Shown: positions 34,414 through 43,284 of the stretch, one piece after another
How the letters are laid out: every line of letters begins with the position of its first letter
How positions within the stretch are numbered: the stretch's first letter is position 1
DNA from: a virus
Lineage: Duplodnaviria; Caudoviricetes
IMG/VR virus record: IMGVR_UViG_3300049228_000061
Coordinates: 2,172-66,171 of that record
Direction: 5' to 3' (one strand)
DNA: 64,000 bases
Position numbers and translations under genes: made by a program
Notes under the pieces: model-generated
Told to the model about the DNA's origin: nothing
Databases searched by the model: none
What the model saw: the letters and a program-made list of their open reading frames with translations, nothing else

Positions 34414-35546
34414 ATGCCCCCGTATCCATGCAAGACCTGCAACGCGCCCAGCAGCAGGGAAATGCCAGCAAGGCGCTAACCACATTCCCGATCATGCTCA
34501 AGAAGCTGACTGGCGAGATTGGCCATGCGTTACCCAAGCACATGAACGCTGATCGCATGACGCGCATCGCGCTGACCGAGTTTCGCAAGAATCCGAATCT
34601 CGGTAAGTGCGACCCAAAGTCCATCTGCGCGTCCATCGTGATCGCATCACAGTTGGGGCTTGAGCCTGGCGTATTGGGGCAGGGGTATCTTGTCCCGTAC
34701 AAGGAAACCTGCCAGTTCATTCCTGGTTGGCAGGGTTTTGCGGATCTGGTGTCGCGCACGGGCCGCGCGTCGGTATGGACGGGCGCCGTATTTAAGGGCG
34801 ATGAATTCGAGTACGCCTTGGGCGACAGCCCGTTTCTTAAGCATAAGCCGGGCGACAGCGACCAAGACCTGAAAGACCTGCTGTGCGTGTATGCCATCGG
34901 CAGGATCAAGGATGCTCAGTGGCCAGTGATTGAGGTGTGGTCTGTCAATAAGGTCAAGAAGCACCGCGACCGCTACAACAAGCAGGGTGACAAGCATTAT
35001 TCGTTCGCTCACTTTGAAATGTATGCCCGTAAGGTAGTGTTGCTGCAAGTCATCAAGTACATGCCGAAGAGTGTTGAATTGGCCATGGCCAGCGACCTGG
35101 ACAATGCGGCATCAACGACTGGCCAGAACATCAGCCTGGACGATGCACTGAGCGGTGATTACGTGGACGTTACCGAACCGATTCAACCGGATGAGCCGAA
35201 CAGGCCAGAAGCAAAGCAGGCCAAGCAAGAGCCTGTACAGGAAGTGACAACCAAGGAAGTGGTGCAGGAGCGGCAAGATACTGAAATCCCGCCTGATAAG
35301 AAAAAACCAGATAGCTCGCCACCTCCATCCGATCTATTCACCAGCTTTCGCGATGAAATGAAGGAATGCACTAGCACAGCTGAATTGGTGCCGATCAAGA
35401 AAAACATCGAAGTGAGGCTACGCGACAGCGATGATGAGCGTGAGCTGCTGCTGGATCATTTGGCGCGCCGTATGGTGGAGCTGAACAAGAAAGAGGCCGG
35501 TAGCCAGCCAGAACAGCCAGCGCGCCGCCCCCGTAACATTGAGTAA
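34410..35546 (+). CDS. recT: RecT-family single-strand annealing protein
   Basis: LPKHMNADRM.RIALTEFRKNP.L..CDP.S....SQLGLEPG..GQ.YLVPY and EMYARKVVL.QVIKYMPKS. Confidence 0.93.
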   Translation: MNAPVSMQDLQRAQQQGNASKALTTFPIMLKKLTGEIGHALPKHMNADRMTRIALTEFRKNPNLGKCDPKSICASIVIASQLGLEPGVLGQGYLVPYKETCQFIPGWQGFADLVSRTGRASVWTGAVFKGDEFEYALGDSPFLKHKPGDSDQDLKDLLCVYAIGRIKDAQWPVIEVWSVNKVKKHRDRYNKQGDKHYSFAHFEMYARKVVLLQVIKYMPKSVELAMASDLDNAASTTGQNISLDDALSGDYVDVTEPIQPDEPNRPEAKQAKQEPVQEVTTKEVVQERQDTEIPPDKKKPDSSPPPSDLFTSFRDEMKECTSTAELVPIKKNIEVRLRDSDDERELLLDHLARRMVELNKKEAGSQPEQPARRPRNIE

Positions 35547-35552
35547 TTTTTC

Positions 35553-35927
35553 ATGAAAATCTATCAGTCAAAATTAGAGGCCGCGTGGAATAAGATTGTT
35601 TCTGCGCTTTGGTACTGCTGGTGTCGGCTAACCCAGCCGTGGCCACGCAGATACATGATGATTCTTATTGAGATACCAAAGTTTGGGGACAGAAACTTCT
35701 CAGTAGAAGAAGTGGCGCTTTTGAAGGTTTATATCGCTCAGGTTGAGAGAGGTGCTGTTGGTGCGGAAATCTACATGGGAGGGTTAATTAGATCCGCGAT
35801 TGGTACGCCACTTGATCATCCTGATAGGCTGTTTGTAGTTAATCTGCATGCCATTGGTGATCGTGCAAGATGGCATCAGAGAATAGCCGTGTGGATTGCA
35901 AGAAAGATTATCAAGCTGGGTGAATAA
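35553..35927 (+). CDS. hypothetical protein
   Basis: 124-aa ORF, more AT-rich than its flanks. Confidence 0.55.
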   Translation: MKIYQSKLEAAWNKIVSALWYCWCRLTQPWPRRYMMILIEIPKFGDRNFSVEEVALLKVYIAQVERGAVGAEIYMGGLIRSAIGTPLDHPDRLFVVNLHAIGDRARWHQRIAVWIARKIIKLGE

Positions 35928-35929
35928 CG

Positions 35930-36244
35930 ATGCGCATTACACCAAAAATAATCACAGTCCTGACGTTGCTGGAAAAGAGCGGGCCGAAGTACGGACAGGC
36001 GCTTGTCGATCTGGCTCCGACCCTATTTTTCGGTACGTGCCGCCTTGCGGGTGTCAAAAATTTAACCAGCATCTACTCCGTGCTTAAAACCATGGAGAAA
36101 GGCGGAGTGATTGAGTACATGAAGGACTTCCACCCTGATGTGGAAGATGGTAGCGGTCAAGCGGGTGCAAGAAAGTGGTACACGCTGACTGCTGCGGGCC
36201 GAAAAGTGCTGGCTGATGCGCGTGCTGCACTGGGAGTGAATTGA
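35930..36244 (+). CDS. PadR-like winged-helix regulator
   Basis: L.LL...GPKYG, SIYSVLKTMEKGG.I and RKWYTLTAAGRK.L. Confidence 0.75.
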   Translation: MRITPKIITVLTLLEKSGPKYGQALVDLAPTLFFGTCRLAGVKNLTSIYSVLKTMEKGGVIEYMKDFHPDVEDGSGQAGARKWYTLTAAGRKVLADARAALGVN

Positions 36245-36245
36245 T

Positions 36246-38060
36246 ATGCTTGAACGAATTGTTATTGACGGCTTCCTGCGCATTGCAGAAGCCGATCTTG
36301 ACCTGACAAGTCATCGAATCCATGCCTTTACCGGCGATAACGAGGCCGGGAAAAGCTCCTTGGTTGAGGCCATTGCGTTCTGTTATCGCGGCTTGAGCCC
36401 GCGCGTGCGGCTCAAAGGCCAGTTCGATGAGCTGCTGTTTCGCGGTAAGAAGAAAGGCTCTGTGCAGTTGGCTCAAGATGGCTTTGATTTAACCCGCAAC
36501 ATCAAGACTGGCAAACTAGAAACCACAGCACCGCTGGATTACCACGATCTGCTGGTGGATATTCAGCTGGGCCGTGAACAATTTGGCAAAGCTGATCCCA
36601 AAGAATTGCGGCAGATGATGTCCAAGACCTTCGGTATTGAGTCCACCACCAAGTACATCGGTGAGCGGCTGGAAAAGAAGGGCATCACGACCGAAATGGT
36701 GACGCGCATCCTTCCTTTGCTTAAAGCCGGTGGCTTTGAAACCGCCTGCGAAACCGCACAGCAGCGTTACCTGGAAAGGCGGGGTGCATGGGAGGCTGTG
36801 ACGGGCGAGAAATACGGCAGCGTCAAGGCAACTGACTGGAAGCCTGCGGATGCCGACCAATACCGGCCTGTGGAGCCAGCGCAGCTTGAGGCAGCGCGCG
36901 CCGATGTTGAGGACGCGCGACACAGGGTTGCACAAGCCAACCAGAAAGTAGGCGCGCTGAGCCATGCTGTGGAGGTGCAGGACGCTGCCGAGCAGCTAGA
37001 GTCGATTGAAGACATTGAGACGCACCTGCAATCGCTGGTAGAGGTGGAGAATGCCTATAACGACGAACTGATCACGCTGCGCACCAAGTTGACTGCCGAG
37101 CTGGAGTCGGTTGATGCCGAGCTGACCAAGCTGCAAGCGGATATTTTGCAGGCCAAGATGGCTGCCGCTTCGCTGGAGTGCCCCGGGTGTGGGTTGCCGC
37201 TCAAGGTTCATACAGAAAAAGACAAAGTGAGCCTGCTGAAACTCGAAGGCGCTAAGCGCCGCGAAGGGATTTCGCTGAACACGCTGATGGAGCAGCTGGA
37301 GGAAGCAAAATCGCTACGCGCTGATCTGGTTGATTCCAGAACCAAGAAAATCCGCAAGATTGAGTCAACGCTGATCGAAGTGCAGGCCGACAAGACCAAG
37401 GAAAAGCGGAAGCTGGAGGTAGCAAAGTCGGCTGATGGGGCGGAACCTGTTACACCAGAGAATGTAATCGCGGCGCAGCAGGCCGTTGAGACCGCCAACA
37501 AAGATTACGAGCACGCCAAGTCGGCATTGGCCAAGCTGCAAAGCGATCAGCAAAACCATGCCTCGCTGGGTGAACGCAAGACGAAAGCAGATGCATTATC
37601 TGTGGAGGCGGCTCAATGGTCGCTGGCAGCCGATCTGCTGAGTAACAAACCCGAATCCATCCCCAGCGAGTTGGTGCAGCGTACCTGCGGGCCGATCAAT
37701 GCCACGCTGATGCAGATTTGCGGTCGGTGGAAACAACTACCGATTGTGGTGGATGGCAGCATGACGTTGAGCCGTGGCGATGGCTGCAAGTACTACATGC
37801 TGAGCGAGTCTGCAAAGTGGCGTGCCGACGTGGCCATACAGCTTGCCTTGGCGGCGCTCGGGTCACTCAAGTTGGTAGCGATTGATCGGTTTGATGTGCT
37901 GGCACCGAATGCGAGAAACGCGCTGTTCGATATGCTGGAATGGTTCAGCGATAAACACCCGGACGTTTCAGTCATCGTGACGGGCACGCTCAAGAGCAAG
38001 CCAGACTTGGGCGACAACATCAAGTCGTGGTGGATTGAGAATGGGGAGGTGTCAGTATGA
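36246..38060 (+). CDS. SbcC/Rad50-like SMC ATPase
   Basis: Walker A GDNEAGKSS, coiled coils, CPGC hook, LSES signature, AIDRFD Walker B-like. Confidence 0.85.
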   Translation: MLERIVIDGFLRIAEADLDLTSHRIHAFTGDNEAGKSSLVEAIAFCYRGLSPRVRLKGQFDELLFRGKKKGSVQLAQDGFDLTRNIKTGKLETTAPLDYHDLLVDIQLGREQFGKADPKELRQMMSKTFGIESTTKYIGERLEKKGITTEMVTRILPLLKAGGFETACETAQQRYLERRGAWEAVTGEKYGSVKATDWKPADADQYRPVEPAQLEAARADVEDARHRVAQANQKVGALSHAVEVQDAAEQLESIEDIETHLQSLVEVENAYNDELITLRTKLTAELESVDAELTKLQADILQAKMAAASLECPGCGLPLKVHTEKDKVSLLKLEGAKRREGISLNTLMEQLEEAKSLRADLVDSRTKKIRKIESTLIEVQADKTKEKRKLEVAKSADGAEPVTPENVIAAQQAVETANKDYEHAKSALAKLQSDQQNHASLGERKTKADALSVEAAQWSLAADLLSNKPESIPSELVQRTCGPINATLMQICGRWKQLPIVVDGSMTLSRGDGCKYYMLSESAKWRADVAIQLALAALGSLKLVAIDRFDVLAPNARNALFDMLEWFSDKHPDVSVIVTGTLKSKPDLGDNIKSWWIENGEVSV

Positions 38061-38314
38061 GCGGATCAACAAAATTTTCTCCTGCGATGATGAGGGCTCT
38101 TGTTCGCGGGAAGGTGCCAATCTATGCGAATGGGCTGGTTATCAAGCTTGAAAAAGCCGTGCGTGGTCGTGCTAGGTTTTCGGTAGATGTAATTGATCAG
38201 AACGGAAACCCGTTGCTTACTCTAAATGATGGAAGCAAGGAGCTTAGGACCGGAAACACGATGACAATTCTGCGCTTTCACGAAGCGTTCACAATCAATG
38301 TGACGGCGACGTAG
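38057..38314 (+). CDS. hypothetical protein
   Basis: Coupled 85-aa ORF. Confidence 0.6.
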   Translation: MSGSTKFSPAMMRALVRGKVPIYANGLVIKLEKAVRGRARFSVDVIDQNGNPLLTLNDGSKELRTGNTMTILRFHEAFTINVTAT

Positions 38315-38323
38315 AGGGTAACT

Positions 38324-38911
38324 ATGCGTATCAAGGTTCAAGTCCGCCAAGCGGGCGTTTTTCAGGATATGGTCATCGACCCGGCGAGCAAAAATATGCT
38401 GGGCGTTGAATGCACCGCCGCCGATGTGGAGTACATCGCCAAGCGCCACATACTGGGCGGCAGCCCTCAGCGATTGTTGCTGGGCATGATGCCGAGACGT
38501 ATCAAGACGATGGTGACATCGCTCAGTGGCCAGCCGGTGGAGTACTTCGCAGACAGAACCGATGGGGACTGGCTTGCCATCGAATTGACGCCACTGGACG
38601 TGCTGCGGTTCGCGAAGGCAGAGCCTGGTCTTGGTGAGGTGCTGCGTTTTTATGCGACGCAACCAAACACGTCTATCAGTCTGGCTGACAGGGACAAGTT
38701 CATGAGTAACTGGCCAGATCCAAAGAGCCTGCTGGATCTGCACTTTCCAGATGAGGGCTTGGGCGGTGCGCCACGCTCCATGCGTGGTAATGACTCGCAG
38801 ATTGCGGCATTCAACCTGTGGGTGAAGGACTGGCCTCCGGTATTCCACAACAGTGACCGCGCGCCAGAAGCAAAGATTCTCGGGCCGAATGGGAAGGCGC
38901 TGAATGGATAG
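38324..38911 (+). CDS. hypothetical protein
   Basis: 195-aa ORF with RBS. Confidence 0.7.
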   Translation: MRIKVQVRQAGVFQDMVIDPASKNMLGVECTAADVEYIAKRHILGGSPQRLLLGMMPRRIKTMVTSLSGQPVEYFADRTDGDWLAIELTPLDVLRFAKAEPGLGEVLRFYATQPNTSISLADRDKFMSNWPDPKSLLDLHFPDEGLGGAPRSMRGNDSQIAAFNLWVKDWPPVFHNSDRAPEAKILGPNGKALNG

Positions 38912-39206
38912 CCACGACTGGACAGTTGCTTACCTCGGCTGGCTGCTGGCAGCGCTTGCTGGCGGCTTGGTCGGGTGTCGTGTTGCCTATTGGCATTACC
39001 GATACCGGCGCGCCAAATTGATTCAGCGCTGGCGGTTTGAACGCCGCAAGCATCGGCAGCGGAATCCGTGGGTGAAGGTATGGATCGCTAGCGAGCTTTA
39101 CAGCGGGCACCAGTGGACGAAAGCCGAACAAGGTCGGATGATTAACAAGAAGCACAAGCCATTTGTGCCAAGCATGATTAAGGTCGCTGACAATGAACCC
39201 GTATGA
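38904..39206 (+). CDS. membrane-anchored hypothetical protein
   Basis: N-terminal TM followed by a basic region. Confidence 0.55.
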   Translation: MDSHDWTVAYLGWLLAALAGGLVGCRVAYWHYRYRRAKLIQRWRFERRKHRQRNPWVKVWIASELYSGHQWTKAEQGRMINKKHKPFVPSMIKVADNEPV

Positions 39207-39816
39207 CCTCTTAGATGTTCCGCGTGACGCTGACGAAGCCACTATCAAGAAGGCTTTTCGGCAGAAGGCCAAAGAAGCACATCCAGATCGTGAAGATGGC
39301 GATGCTGAGCTGATGTCGCAACTCAATCAGGCGAAAGATATTCTGCTTGATCCAGAGAAACGCGCCCGGTACGACGCAACAGGCGAAACGGGTTCTGCCA
39401 GAACGGATGAGGCTATGGCGCTGGAATTGCTGCTGACCTTAATGTCTGAGCTGCTGACCGATCACAAATTGATGATGCGGTTTGGAAACGTCCGCAAGGC
39501 GCTCACTAATGGCTTATCTAACCGGACGACAGAAATCGCGCTTGCCATTGAAGACGCCAACGAAAAGCTGGGCCACATTGAAAAGACGCGCAAGCAGGTC
39601 AAGGCGAAAGATGGCAAGGTGAACCATTTTGACACGCTGTGCGGCACCTACATTGCAGGCTTTACCAAGCACATCGGCGAGATGCGGCGCGACTTGGAAA
39701 TCACGGCGGTGGCCACTAAGATGCTAAAGTCAGATTACGAATTCACAGAGTCGGATATGCCCCAAGGCATGTTTGGCGAATCGTTTCTTCTATCAATCCA
39801 GCGAGTACAGAAATGA
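39193..39816 (+). CDS. J-domain (DnaJ-like) protein
   Basis: NPYDLL.V...A....IKKAFR.KAK..HPDR...LNQAK.IL.DPEKRA.YD. Confidence 0.92.
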   Translation: MNPYDLLDVPRDADEATIKKAFRQKAKEAHPDREDGDAELMSQLNQAKDILLDPEKRARYDATGETGSARTDEAMALELLLTLMSELLTDHKLMMRFGNVRKALTNGLSNRTTEIALAIEDANEKLGHIEKTRKQVKAKDGKVNHFDTLCGTYIAGFTKHIGEMRRDLEITAVATKMLKSDYEFTESDMPQGMFGESFLLSIQRVQK

Positions 39817-40055
39817 GCGATAAGACACAAGAACTGATAGAGCACAGCAAGTCATTGCAGGCTTTGATGGAGGAAGTGGCCGAGATTGACAGCAAGTTGC
39901 TTGAGAAGTATGGGGACGTGGGTTTGTACATGTCACTGGCCGCCTCAATCGGTGCTTTGACGGATCAGCTTGACAAGGCGGGCATCATCAACAAGAAAGA
40001 AATGCTGCTGGAGTCAATCAGTCGGCGCAGGGAGATGCTGAAGGATTTACAGTGA
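39813..40055 (+). CDS. hypothetical protein
   Basis: Last gene of the rightward block. Confidence 0.6.
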   Translation: MSDKTQELIEHSKSLQALMEEVAEIDSKLLEKYGDVGLYMSLAASIGALTDQLDKAGIINKKEMLLESISRRREMLKDLQ

Positions 40056-40085
40056 CCCTGCTGACTGGCCTGAAAGCACAAGGCT

Positions 40086-40460
40086 CTATCGCCTGGCATT
40101 TTGCTCCGCCTCTATCAATCGTGCGGCGAGGTGACAGGCGACGTTTGACGACAGGGCCTGGGCCGGTGATTGCTGCACGCAGTAAAGCCAGTCAACAGCC
40201 GACTGCGTTGACTCAAGCGTTCGCGGCTCATCACTCATTTCTGTTTCGAAATTGACGCCCCACACTCGAATTACGGTATTAGGATAGATTGATACCTTTC
40301 TACCGCCATGCCATATCTCTATTAACTGTGTGTACTGTTCACGCAGCGCCTTCAGTTCGTGTAGGGCGGCTATTGCATCTATAAAACAGTCGAACTCCTC
40401 CTCTGTCGTGAAGTCTAAAATCAGCTCATCCAGCCGCTCGTTGCTTATTGGATCAGTCAT
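40086..40460 (-). CDS. hypothetical protein
   Basis: RBS AGGAG upstream of MTDPIS. Confidence 0.55.
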   Translation of the reverse strand: MTDPISNERLDELILDFTTEEEFDCFIDAIAALHELKALREQYTQLIEIWHGGRKVSIYPNTVIRVWGVNFETEMSDEPRTLESTQSAVDWLYCVQQSPAQALSSNVACHLAARLIEAEQNARR

Positions 40461-41091
40461 GAGTAGCTCCTTTATCGATCAGCTTGAATAGCAAGCGGCC
40501 AAGATCAGATGGTGGATCATAGGCGTGCTGGCTGACACCATTTATGCTGCCCGCCCAATTGAACGCACCGTCCGGGCGAACGGAAATTGACACCGTATTA
40601 TCGTGGTCAATGAAGACCTCAATATTCATATCGCCGTCGTCTTCGCGGAAGGCAATCAGCTCCGGTGATGGATGGTCAGCGCTCATTTGCGCTTCACTGC
40701 CGTTGTAGCCGGACAGGATGCTCTCCCGCCATGCCTTCGCCTCCATCAGCTTTGCGGCGAGGTGTTTTGCTTTTCGTTCGTAATAGTCGCGCTCGTGCTT
40801 TGCGGCTTTCAATTCAACTTCGTCGTCGTACCGACAGCCACAGAACGGTGGACAGCCGTATCCACAAGAACATGAACGCTCATCAGTTAATGGCTCAAGC
40901 CGCTCAACCTCGGCCGACTCGGTGGTCTGGTAAATCTCCAGCTCGCGCTTCCATTGTAAAACTTCTGCTTCGAGGCTTGCTATGGTTGATTCAGCTAATG
41001 CAAGATCATTGCGCGCTGTTGCGTAATATGGAGCCTGCTGCATTTCGTACAGCCTATTAAGTATCTTTGCATATGCGCTTGCAGTACTCAT
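40453..41091 (-). CDS. hypothetical (mosaic) protein
   Basis: Coiled coil plus CxCxxxCxxxCxC cluster. Confidence 0.55.
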   Translation of the reverse strand: MSTASAYAKILNRLYEMQQAPYYATARNDLALAESTIASLEAEVLQWKRELEIYQTTESAEVERLEPLTDERSCSCGYGCPPFCGCRYDDEVELKAAKHERDYYERKAKHLAAKLMEAKAWRESILSGYNGSEAQMSADHPSPELIAFREDDGDMNIEVFIDHDNTVSISVRPDGAFNWAGSINGVSQHAYDPPSDLGRLLFKLIDKGATHD

Positions 41092-41354
41092 AGCAGCACC
41101 TTCATCAGTTCGGCTCTGGCTTCTAAAATAGCTTCATCCAGCGTAATGGCGTTGCGCGTCCATTTTTGCCACAATTCCCTGTTTTCTGGCATAGGCATGC
41201 GGCGATGCGCATACATTTCTTCAAGCGCCTTGCACACGCGCATGGCGGCAAGTCCGATTCGTTCTGGACGGCATTCGTATCCGACATCGCGCATTGAATT
41301 CATTGCGCGTTCGGCGTAACCAATCTCCGCCTGAATTCGTTCTGCGTTGGTCAT
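41088..41354 (-). CDS. hypothetical protein, paralog A
   Basis: MTNAERIQAEI...RAELMKVLL. Confidence 0.65.
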   Translation of the reverse strand: MTNAERIQAEIGYAERAMNSMRDVGYECRPERIGLAAMRVCKALEEMYAHRRMPMPENRELWQKWTRNAITLDEAILEARAELMKVLL

Positions 41355-41521
41355 TTCTTTAACTCCAATCGACGCTTGTTTTTACGCTGCCGCTTCTCTT
41401 CAGCAGCTGCCATAATTTCGGCAGCAAATGCCCTAGGGCGCGCCTTGTTCGTTACGATCACGCTTGAGCCCTCCCTCAAATCCACTTTTACGCGCGGCGG
41501 CCTTGATGAATAGCTGGTCAT
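41351..41521 (-). CDS. small basic protein
   Basis: MTSYSSRPPRVKVDLREG...KRQRKNKRRLELKK; overlaps both neighbours. Confidence 0.5.
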   Translation of the reverse strand: MTSYSSRPPRVKVDLREGSSVIVTNKARPRAFAAEIMAAAEEKRQRKNKRRLELKK

Positions 41522-41904
41522 GACAGCACCTTCATGAGTTCGGCTTTAGCAACGGTAAGCAGGTGATCTAGTCTTTTACCTTCTTCATCCCACACCTCAA
41601 GCTCGTGCTGGTTTTTAATGAGCTCAAGTGAAGCTGTATCCGTATGCGCCTGCGAAACATCCAGCGCCAAACACACGCGCAGGGCGGCGAGGGTAATTTG
41701 TTCGGGCAAGTGTCCAAACCCGACAGCATTCAGCATCTCTACCGAACTCTCGAAGAACTTAATTTCCACTTGGATTCGTTCTGCGTTTGTCATGGCCTTT
41801 CGCTCGTTGCGCTGGCGCTCGACCGTGGTCTGTAACTCGTCGATATGCTTCCGCATATCGATTATGCCGTTCGGGTAACCGCGCGTATGATTAGTTTCGC
41901 TCAT
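41518..41904 (-). CDS. hypothetical protein, paralog B
   Basis: Internal MTNAERIQVEI (41793)...KAELMKVLS. Confidence 0.65.
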   Translation of the reverse strand: MSETNHTRGYPNGIIDMRKHIDELQTTVERQRNERKAMTNAERIQVEIKFFESSVEMLNAVGFGHLPEQITLAALRVCLALDVSQAHTDTASLELIKNQHELEVWDEEGKRLDHLLTVAKAELMKVLS

Positions 41905-42088
41905 GTCGATATTCTAGGATGCCTGCCGCCGCAGAAGCGATGACAGTGGTTGTTTGCTCTCAACACGCAAATAAGCAGGTACTTCAAACCGCGACCAATC
42001 GCGGTACAGCGGTTCCCATCTCTGCAATATCTCGCCGGAAATTGGCGCAACGGGTATGCGCTGCCATGGGCGCAGTCTGAACATCAGG

Positions 42089-42421
42089 TTATGTATATAG
42101 AAGATCACCATTTGTTTTGTCGAGTAGCTCAAGTTCTGTGCCAAACACTTTGACAAACTCGCGCTTGCTTAATGCAAGGGAAGGTCCATATTTTTCTGCC
42201 ATTTGACGGGCATTAGTGCCTGGCAGGCAAATCCCGCGATGGTGCCATGCGTCAAGGGGTATGGTGCTTTGATCGCCACCGGACAGCCTTCTGTATCCAT
42301 GACTAACAATGTGGTGCGCCTCCGTGTTGAATGGCTGACTGACTTTCATGGATGCGCAGGCTACGCACGGCAGGTCGTGTATCTTATCAATTCGCAGCTG
42401 ATCTTCTTTCTTACGCGACAT
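42089..42421 (-). CDS. Ref/DUF968-like HNH nuclease
   Basis: LPCVAC, EAHHI, IPL...HHRG, GPSLA..KREF...FGTE.ELL. Confidence 0.7.
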   Translation of the reverse strand: MSRKKEDQLRIDKIHDLPCVACASMKVSQPFNTEAHHIVSHGYRRLSGGDQSTIPLDAWHHRGICLPGTNARQMAEKYGPSLALSKREFVKVFGTELELLDKTNGDLLYT

Positions 42422-42872
42422 TTTTGCGCGCCTCTGCCCATGCCCGTACCGTGGCCGCTGTCGGCCTGAGTCGATCAATGATGTCCACCACCTGATAGCA
42501 TTGATCGATTCCGAAATGACCAATATGGGTATCCTCAATACTCAGCCCCATCTTTTCAGCCAGCCAGGCATAGGCCCGGCCCTTCATGGTGCGACGCACC
42601 TTGGCGCTGCCCGTCTTGAGGTCAGGGTACGCCACATCCCAATCCTTCCACAGTGGGTCGAATGCTCTGTGGGCCTCAATCTTGGCATCACGCAAGGGCT
42701 TGTCTGCCAACCTGCCCAGCGGCAAGCCATTCGGATGCGATCCGACATAGGCGAAGTCTGTAGGGCACACCCACACCGGCCCAAACTCACGGCTGTATGG
42801 GTACAGCGGCTGGCCGAACTTGCGGAATACGGCGCGGCCATGGCAGTAGGGGCAGATGGTGAGGTCGGTCAT
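42411..42872 (-). CDS. DUF3268-family zinc-finger protein
   Basis: CPYCHG, VWVCP...AYVG.H...PLGRLA...LR..K..AH..FDPLWK, HIGHF. Confidence 0.85.
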   Translation of the reverse strand: MTDLTICPYCHGRAVFRKFGQPLYPYSREFGPVWVCPTDFAYVGSHPNGLPLGRLADKPLRDAKIEAHRAFDPLWKDWDVAYPDLKTGSAKVRRTMKGRAYAWLAEKMGLSIEDTHIGHFGIDQCYQVVDIIDRLRPTAATVRAWAEARKNVA

Positions 42873-43105
42873 GCTCGTGTGTCCCATAGTGCCAAAACAG
42901 CGGCCCGCAGCTCATCAAAAGTGAGTAGCTTTTCTTCTGGTGCCACTGCGCAACGAATCGACGGGCCAAGCTGCTGAATGCCTACTGCTGGTTTGGCTGG
43001 GCACAGGTCATTGATGCACCTGATGTACAGCATGTGATGCTGAACGCGCGCATCATTCAGGCTGTTTTCAGTCGGCAGGCACCCGCAGAATGGACATGTT
43101 TTCAC
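42869..43105 (-). CDS. Lar-like (restriction alleviation) zinc-ribbon protein
   Basis: GTG start after GGAGG; KTCPFCG...IRC...C.A; W..R end. Confidence 0.55.
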   Translation of the reverse strand: MKTCPFCGCLPTENSLNDARVQHHMLYIRCINDLCPAKPAVGIQQLGPSIRCAVAPEEKLLTFDELRAAVLALWDTRA

Positions 43106-43284
43106 TTGCACCTCCAGCAAACGTAGCAGCCAATGTTCTCTGTGGTGGTTGGAAAATCTCGCCCACAATGCCGACAGATGGTCACCATGGGTAGGACTGG
43201 CGGCGTGGTGGCGCCGGTCAGATCGTCACCCGGCAGCCGGCCAGGCGGTGGCTGCAAGGGTACTGGTTCAAGTGGTTCGGTCAT
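43102..43284 (-). CDS. small Pro/Cys-rich protein
   Basis: CRHCG and CYVC. Confidence 0.5.
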   Translation of the reverse strand: MTEPLEPVPLQPPPGRLPGDDLTGATTPPVLPMVTICRHCGRDFPTTTENIGCYVCWRCK

